A stretch of 63,803 bases of DNA, taken from contig JAQSWP010000010.1 in NCBI GenBank assembly GCA_029266575.1, forward strand, positions 1-63,803, given 5' to 3'. Below are positions 60,307-63,803 of this stretch, one piece after another (position 1 is the first letter of the stretch; the number at the start of each line of letters is the position of its first letter). The DNA is from Alphaproteobacteria bacterium (lineage in GTDB: Bacteria; Pseudomonadota; Alphaproteobacteria; Reyranellales; JAQSWP01). The translations under genes were made by a program, and so were the position numbers. Below the pieces are notes generated by a model. That model was not told the DNA's origin. It worked only from the letters and a program-made list of their open reading frames with translations, and searched no databases.

Positions 60307-61056
60307 TCAGGCCGTCAGCCGCGCCAGCACGGCGTCGGAGATTTCGAAATTGGCGGTGACGGTCTGCACGTCGTCGTTGTCTTCGAGCTGCTCGATCAAC
60401 TTGAACAGCGCTTCGGCCTGCGCCTGCTCGACCGGCGCCGTTGTCACCGGTCGCCACACCAGCTTGGCGCTCTTCGGCGCACCGAGGCTCTTCTCCAAGG
60501 CCTCGCGCGCGGCGTTGAAGTCTTCAATGGCGCAGACGATCTCGTGCGTCTCGGCATTGCTCTGCACGTCGGAGGCGCCCGCTTCCAGGCCCTGCTCGAA
60601 CACCGCATCGGTCGAGCCAGCCGACAGCGGATAGACTATCAGGCCGACTCGTTCGAACATGAAGGAGACGGAATTGGTCTCACCCAGCGCCCCACCGTGC
60701 TTGGCGAAGGCCGAGCGCACGTCGGATGCGGTGCGGTTGCGGTTATCGGTCAGCGCTTCGACGATGATCGCCACGCCACCCGGACCGTAACCCTCGTAGC
60801 GCATCTCTTCGTAATTGGCGTCATCGTCGCCGCCGGCGCCGCGCTTGATGGCGCGCTCGAGCGTGTCCTTCGACATGTTGGCTTCGCGCGCCGCCATGAT
60901 CGCTGCCCGCAGCCGCGGATTGGCGGCGGGGTCTGGAATGCCGATGCGGGCAGCCGTGGTCAGCTCACGGATCAGCTTGGTGAAGATCTTGCCGCGCTTG
61001 GCGTCCTGAGCGCCCTTGCGATGCATGATGTTCTTGAATTGCGAGTGACCAGCCAT
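60307..61056 (-). CDS. yebC: YebC/PmpR family DNA-binding transcriptional regulator
   Basis: N-terminus [25 protein letters not shown]. 249 aa. Confidence 0.95.
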   Translation of the reverse strand: MAGHSQFKNIMHRKGAQDAKRGKIFTKLIRELTTAARIGIPDPAANPRLRAAIMAAREANMSKDTLERAIKRGAGGDDDANYEEMRYEGYGPGGVAIIVEALTDNRNRTASDVRSAFAKHGGALGETNSVSFMFERVGLIVYPLSAGSTDAVFEQGLEAGASDVQSNAETHEIVCAIEDFNAAREALEKSLGAPKSAKLVWRPVTTAPVEQAQAEALFKLIEQLEDNDDVQTVTANFEISDAVLARLTA

Positions 61057-61304
61057 GGCAGAAATCGGCCCGTTTCAACGATCTCGGGGCGCCCGGTATA
61101 GCGGCAGGAATGACCGAAATCCATACCATATATCGGGGTCTTTTGGCTATTCCCTCTAGTTATTGGGTGTGTCCCGCCCCTTGCCGAGTGGGCCACGCTA
61201 TCCCGAAAACGGCCTTGCCGCCGGCAGCCCTGAGAACAGAACGGGGGCCGGCGCGTTGGCCATTTCCCAGCCTCGATGGTCAAGGACCGATACAGGAGCA
61301 AGTC

Positions 61305-61754
61305 ATGAGTCTACTCAGTTTCATTAAGGAAGCCGGTGCGGCGCTGTTTGGCGGCCGTCGCGATGCCAAGGAAATCACCGCGGAAGACCTGAAGAAGACG
61401 GTTGCCGAGCATGGCTTCTCGGTCGAAGGCCTGCAGATCTCGCTCGACGGCGACAAAGCCACGGTTTCCGGCAAGGCAAAATCGACCGAGGAAGCCGAGA
61501 AGATCGCCCTGACCATCGGCAACATCGCCGGCATAGCAGCGGTGGATAACAAGCTCACGGTCGAGAAGGAAGCGCCGCAGGCGACCATGTACACGGTCAA
61601 GAAGGGCGACACGTTGTGGGCCATTGCCGAAGCGCATTACGGCAAGGGCCAAGGCGCCAAATACACCGAAATCGTCAAGGCCAACACGCCGCCGATCAAG
61701 AACCCCGACCTCATTCAGCCGGGATGGGTGCTGCGCATCCCGCCGCTTAAGTAG
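61305..61754 (+). CDS. BON + LysM domain protein (YgaU/Kbp-like)
   Basis: ATG 61305 follows AGGAG. BON-like region LQISLDGDKATVSGKAKSTEEAEKIALTIGNIAGIAAVDNKL. LysM region YTVKKGDTLWAIAEAHYGKG...IQPGWVLRIP. Confidence 0.85.
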   Translation: MSLLSFIKEAGAALFGGRRDAKEITAEDLKKTVAEHGFSVEGLQISLDGDKATVSGKAKSTEEAEKIALTIGNIAGIAAVDNKLTVEKEAPQATMYTVKKGDTLWAIAEAHYGKGQGAKYTEIVKANTPPIKNPDLIQPGWVLRIPPLK

Positions 61755-61793
61755 CAATCCACGCCGTCCGCCGATCGCACTGGCTTGCTGCAA

Positions 61794-61829
61794 CCCCTTC
61801 GTTATATACGTTAAGATATAACGAAGGGG
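61794..61829 (+). promoter_or_regulatory. perfect 14-bp stem / 8-nt loop hairpin covering the SD of the downstream gene
   Basis: CCCCTTCGTTATAT (61794-61807), loop ACGTTAAG, ATATAACGAAGGGG (61816-61829). No T-tract follows. The 3' arm contains AAGGGG of the SD-like AAGGGGGA, about 9 nt before TTG 61840. Confidence 0.6.
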
Positions 61830-61839
61830 GAAAGCCGGC

Positions 61840-62592
61840 TTGGAACTTCTCGACATCGTCCTGCTGACCGCGGCATTCGCGCTTGTCGCGAGTCTTTACA
61901 GTTCGGTCGGCCATGCCGGCGCTTCGGGATATCTGGCGTGCATGGCGCTGCTCAGCGTGCCGCCGACGGTCATGCGGCCGACGGCGCTGGTGTTGAACGT
62001 GCTTGCCGCCACCATCACCACCATCAGCTTTCATCGCGCCGGATTCCGGCCGTGGCGGCCATTGCTGCCGCTGATCGCCGCCTCAATCCCGGCGGCCTTT
62101 GTCGGCGGCGCCATCAAACCCGAGCCGCACATCTATCAGGCGCTGGTCGGCGCCATGCTGCTGCTGTCGTCGGCGTGGCTGATCTACGGCACATGGCGCA
62201 ATCAAGCCGCCATTGCCAACGACAAGGCGCCCTCCCTCTCGCTGCTGCTCGCCGTTCCGTTAGGAGGCGCCATCGGTTTTCTTTCCGGCATCACCGGCAC
62301 CGGTGGCGGGATTTTCCTTAGTCCGGTTTTGCTGCTGGCCGGGCTGGCGGGGCCGCGCTGGACCTCGGCCATGGCGGCGCCTTTCATCCTGGTCAACTCC
62401 ATCGCCGGTCTTGCCGGCAACATCTATGCGACGCAATTTCTGCCCGCGGCACTGCCGATCTGGATCGTTGCCGTAGCGGCCGGTGCCCTGCTCGGCAGCT
62501 GGCTTGGCGCACGCCGGCTGTCGGCCAAAGCCATTCGCACCGCCCTTGCCGTCGTCATGCTGATGGCTGGCAGCAAGCTGCTGCTTAGTTAG
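61840..62592 (+). CDS. sulfite exporter TauE/SafE family membrane protein
   Basis: TTG start. 250 aa polytopic protein. Motifs SSVGHAGASGYLA and FLSGITGTGGGIFLSPVLLL. Confidence 0.85.
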   Translation: MELLDIVLLTAAFALVASLYSSVGHAGASGYLACMALLSVPPTVMRPTALVLNVLAATITTISFHRAGFRPWRPLLPLIAASIPAAFVGGAIKPEPHIYQALVGAMLLLSSAWLIYGTWRNQAAIANDKAPSLSLLLAVPLGGAIGFLSGITGTGGGIFLSPVLLLAGLAGPRWTSAMAAPFILVNSIAGLAGNIYATQFLPAALPIWIVAVAAGALLGSWLGARRLSAKAIRTALAVVMLMAGSKLLLS

Positions 62593-62939
62593 CGCATGAG
62601 ACGCGACAAACGCGCCGATGCCGAACCGCAGGCTTTGTCCGCCGCTTTCTGCATGGCGCGATAGTGGCGCAGGGCTTCGCGACCGCTGGCGGTGATCTCG
62701 GCCCCGCCGCCACTCTTGCCGCCGGTCTTGGCCTGCACCAAAGGCGTCTTGAAGCAGCGATTCATGGTTTCGACCAGCAGCCAGGCGCGGCGATAGGACA
62801 TGCCCAGCGTCCGGGCGGCGGAAGAGATCGAGCCGGTGGCGGCAATGGCTTCCAGGAGATCGGCTTTGCCAGGGCCGAGAGCGATGTCCTCGCCGACACG
62901 GATGCGCAGGCGCAGATCCAGTTCTTTCCTGCGTGCCAT
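62589..62939 (-). CDS. small winged-helix regulator, ModE N-terminal-domain-like
   Basis: ATG 62939. 116 aa. HTH DLLEAIAATGSISSAARTLGMSYRRAWLLVETMN. No molybdate-binding (Mop) domains. The remainder of the 336-aa ORF overlaps ymdB and is read-through. Confidence 0.75.
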   Translation of the reverse strand: MARRKELDLRLRIRVGEDIALGPGKADLLEAIAATGSISSAARTLGMSYRRAWLLVETMNRCFKTPLVQAKTGGKSGGGAEITASGREALRHYRAMQKAADKACGSASARLSRLMR

Positions 62940-62941
62940 TG

Positions 62942-63781
62942 CTATTCCGCGACGGCTGCTTTCGCGCGTGGCCAGGGCCGCGTCTGCGCCAGCCGGCCGC
63001 CCAGACGCACCGGTTCGGTATGGCGCGCCAGCCCGGTGGCATCGTCGGTCTCGACATAGATGCCGCACAGCGTACCCTCGCCTTCGGCCGGCGTCAGCCG
63101 GTCGCCCGGCGTCTTGCGCAGGAAGCGCAGGATCGGCGGCTCCTTCTTCATGCCGATGATCGAATCGTAGTCGCCGCACATGCCGGCATCGGTCTGATAG
63201 GCGGTGCCGCCGGGCAGCACCCAGCCATCGGCCGTCGGTACGTGCGAATGGCTGCCGACCACTATCGATGCCTTGCCGTCGGCGAAGTGGCCCAGCGACT
63301 GCTTCTCGCTGGTCGCCTCGCCATGCACGTCGATCAGGATGGCGTCGGCCTGCTGCTTGAGTTTGTTCTCGGCCAAGAATTTCTCGGTGGCCTGGAACGG
63401 ACAGTCGATCGCGTCCATGAACAGCCGGCACATCACGTTCATCACCAGGATCTTGCGGCCGCCGGAAACCGGATAGAGGCCGATGCCTTTGCCCGGCGTT
63501 GTGGGTGGAAAGTTTACCGGCCGCAGCAGGCGCGGATCGCTGTCGATATAGATCAGCGCCTCGCGCTGGTCCCAGGCGTGATTGCCGGTGGTGATGCAAT
63601 CGACGCCCGCGGCATAAAGTTCTTCACAAATCTTGGCGGTGATGCCGAAACCGGCGGCGGCGTTCTCGCCGTTGACCACGACGAAATCCAGCCCCAGCTC
63701 GGCGCGCAATGTCGGCACGTATTTCGTCACCGCATCGCGCCCGGACTTGCCCACCACGTCGCCACAGAACAACAGTTTCAC
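62942..63781 (-). CDS. YmdB-like metallophosphoesterase (TIGR00282-type)
   Basis: Motifs MKLLFCGDVVGKSGR, VVNGENAAAGFGIT and TGNHAWD. The stop is 2 nt before the next gene's ATG. Confidence 0.9.
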   Translation of the reverse strand: MKLLFCGDVVGKSGRDAVTKYVPTLRAELGLDFVVVNGENAAAGFGITAKICEELYAAGVDCITTGNHAWDQREALIYIDSDPRLLRPVNFPPTTPGKGIGLYPVSGGRKILVMNVMCRLFMDAIDCPFQATEKFLAENKLKQQADAILIDVHGEATSEKQSLGHFADGKASIVVGSHSHVPTADGWVLPGGTAYQTDAGMCGDYDSIIGMKKEPPILRFLRKTPGDRLTPAEGEGTLCGIYVETDDATGLARHTEPVRLGGRLAQTRPWPRAKAAVAE

Positions 63782-63803
63782 ATCTGCCTCACGAATTGCC
63801 GGC

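Noticed and set aside
61057-61304. A 248-nt divergent spacer between yebC and the BON-LysM gene, inspected for a riboswitch or sRNA. It includes a weak GACCG...CGGGGTC-TTTT element near 61110-61145.
   Set aside because: The stem is only 4-5 bp with a ~19-nt loop, and I recognise no conserved RNA motif. The evidence is insufficient.

Overview
This is a high-GC, densely packed chromosomal segment. It carries alphaproteobacterial hallmarks: HisZ, RpoH, a ybgC-tolQ-tolR-tolA-tolB-pal-cpoB-tilS-ftsH-folP-glmM-thiD block, ruvCAB-yebC, opgGH and serC-serA. I call about 70 protein genes, one tRNA-Glu(CUC), one cobalamin riboswitch and a few intrinsic terminators. Many genes are linked by 4-nt ATGA/GTGA start/stop overlaps. 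I see no transposase, integrase, phage gene, CRISPR array or recognisable defence gene. I did not find a convincing novel multi-gene system, and most of the window is ordinary core genome. The items worth a second look are: (1) serC, in the conserved serC-serA position, looks internally deleted and frame-broken. (2) A second gene, for a small secreted protein, is also frame-broken. (3) A MocR-type regulator sits divergent from a tightly spaced six-gene minus-strand cluster of unknown pathway (DUF1127, GNAT, PhzF, GNAT, an orphan 3-TM protein reminiscent of PycTM/DUF5706, MaoC); the shared control region holds an array of GACAAT(G) words. (4) A B12 riboswitch with an SD-sequestering hairpin drives a btuB-btuF-btuC-btuD-tonB chain joined by four consecutive 4-nt overlaps. 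(5) A perfect 14-bp hairpin occludes the SD of a TTG-start tauE/safE gene. (6) There is a stand-alone LigD polymerase-domain gene with no Ku or ligase nearby. (7) MscL carries a C-terminal CxxC-X10-CxxC tail. All functional calls come from reading motifs in the supplied translations and the DNA by eye. No database search, HMM scan or folding calculation was run. Start codons are often ambiguous.
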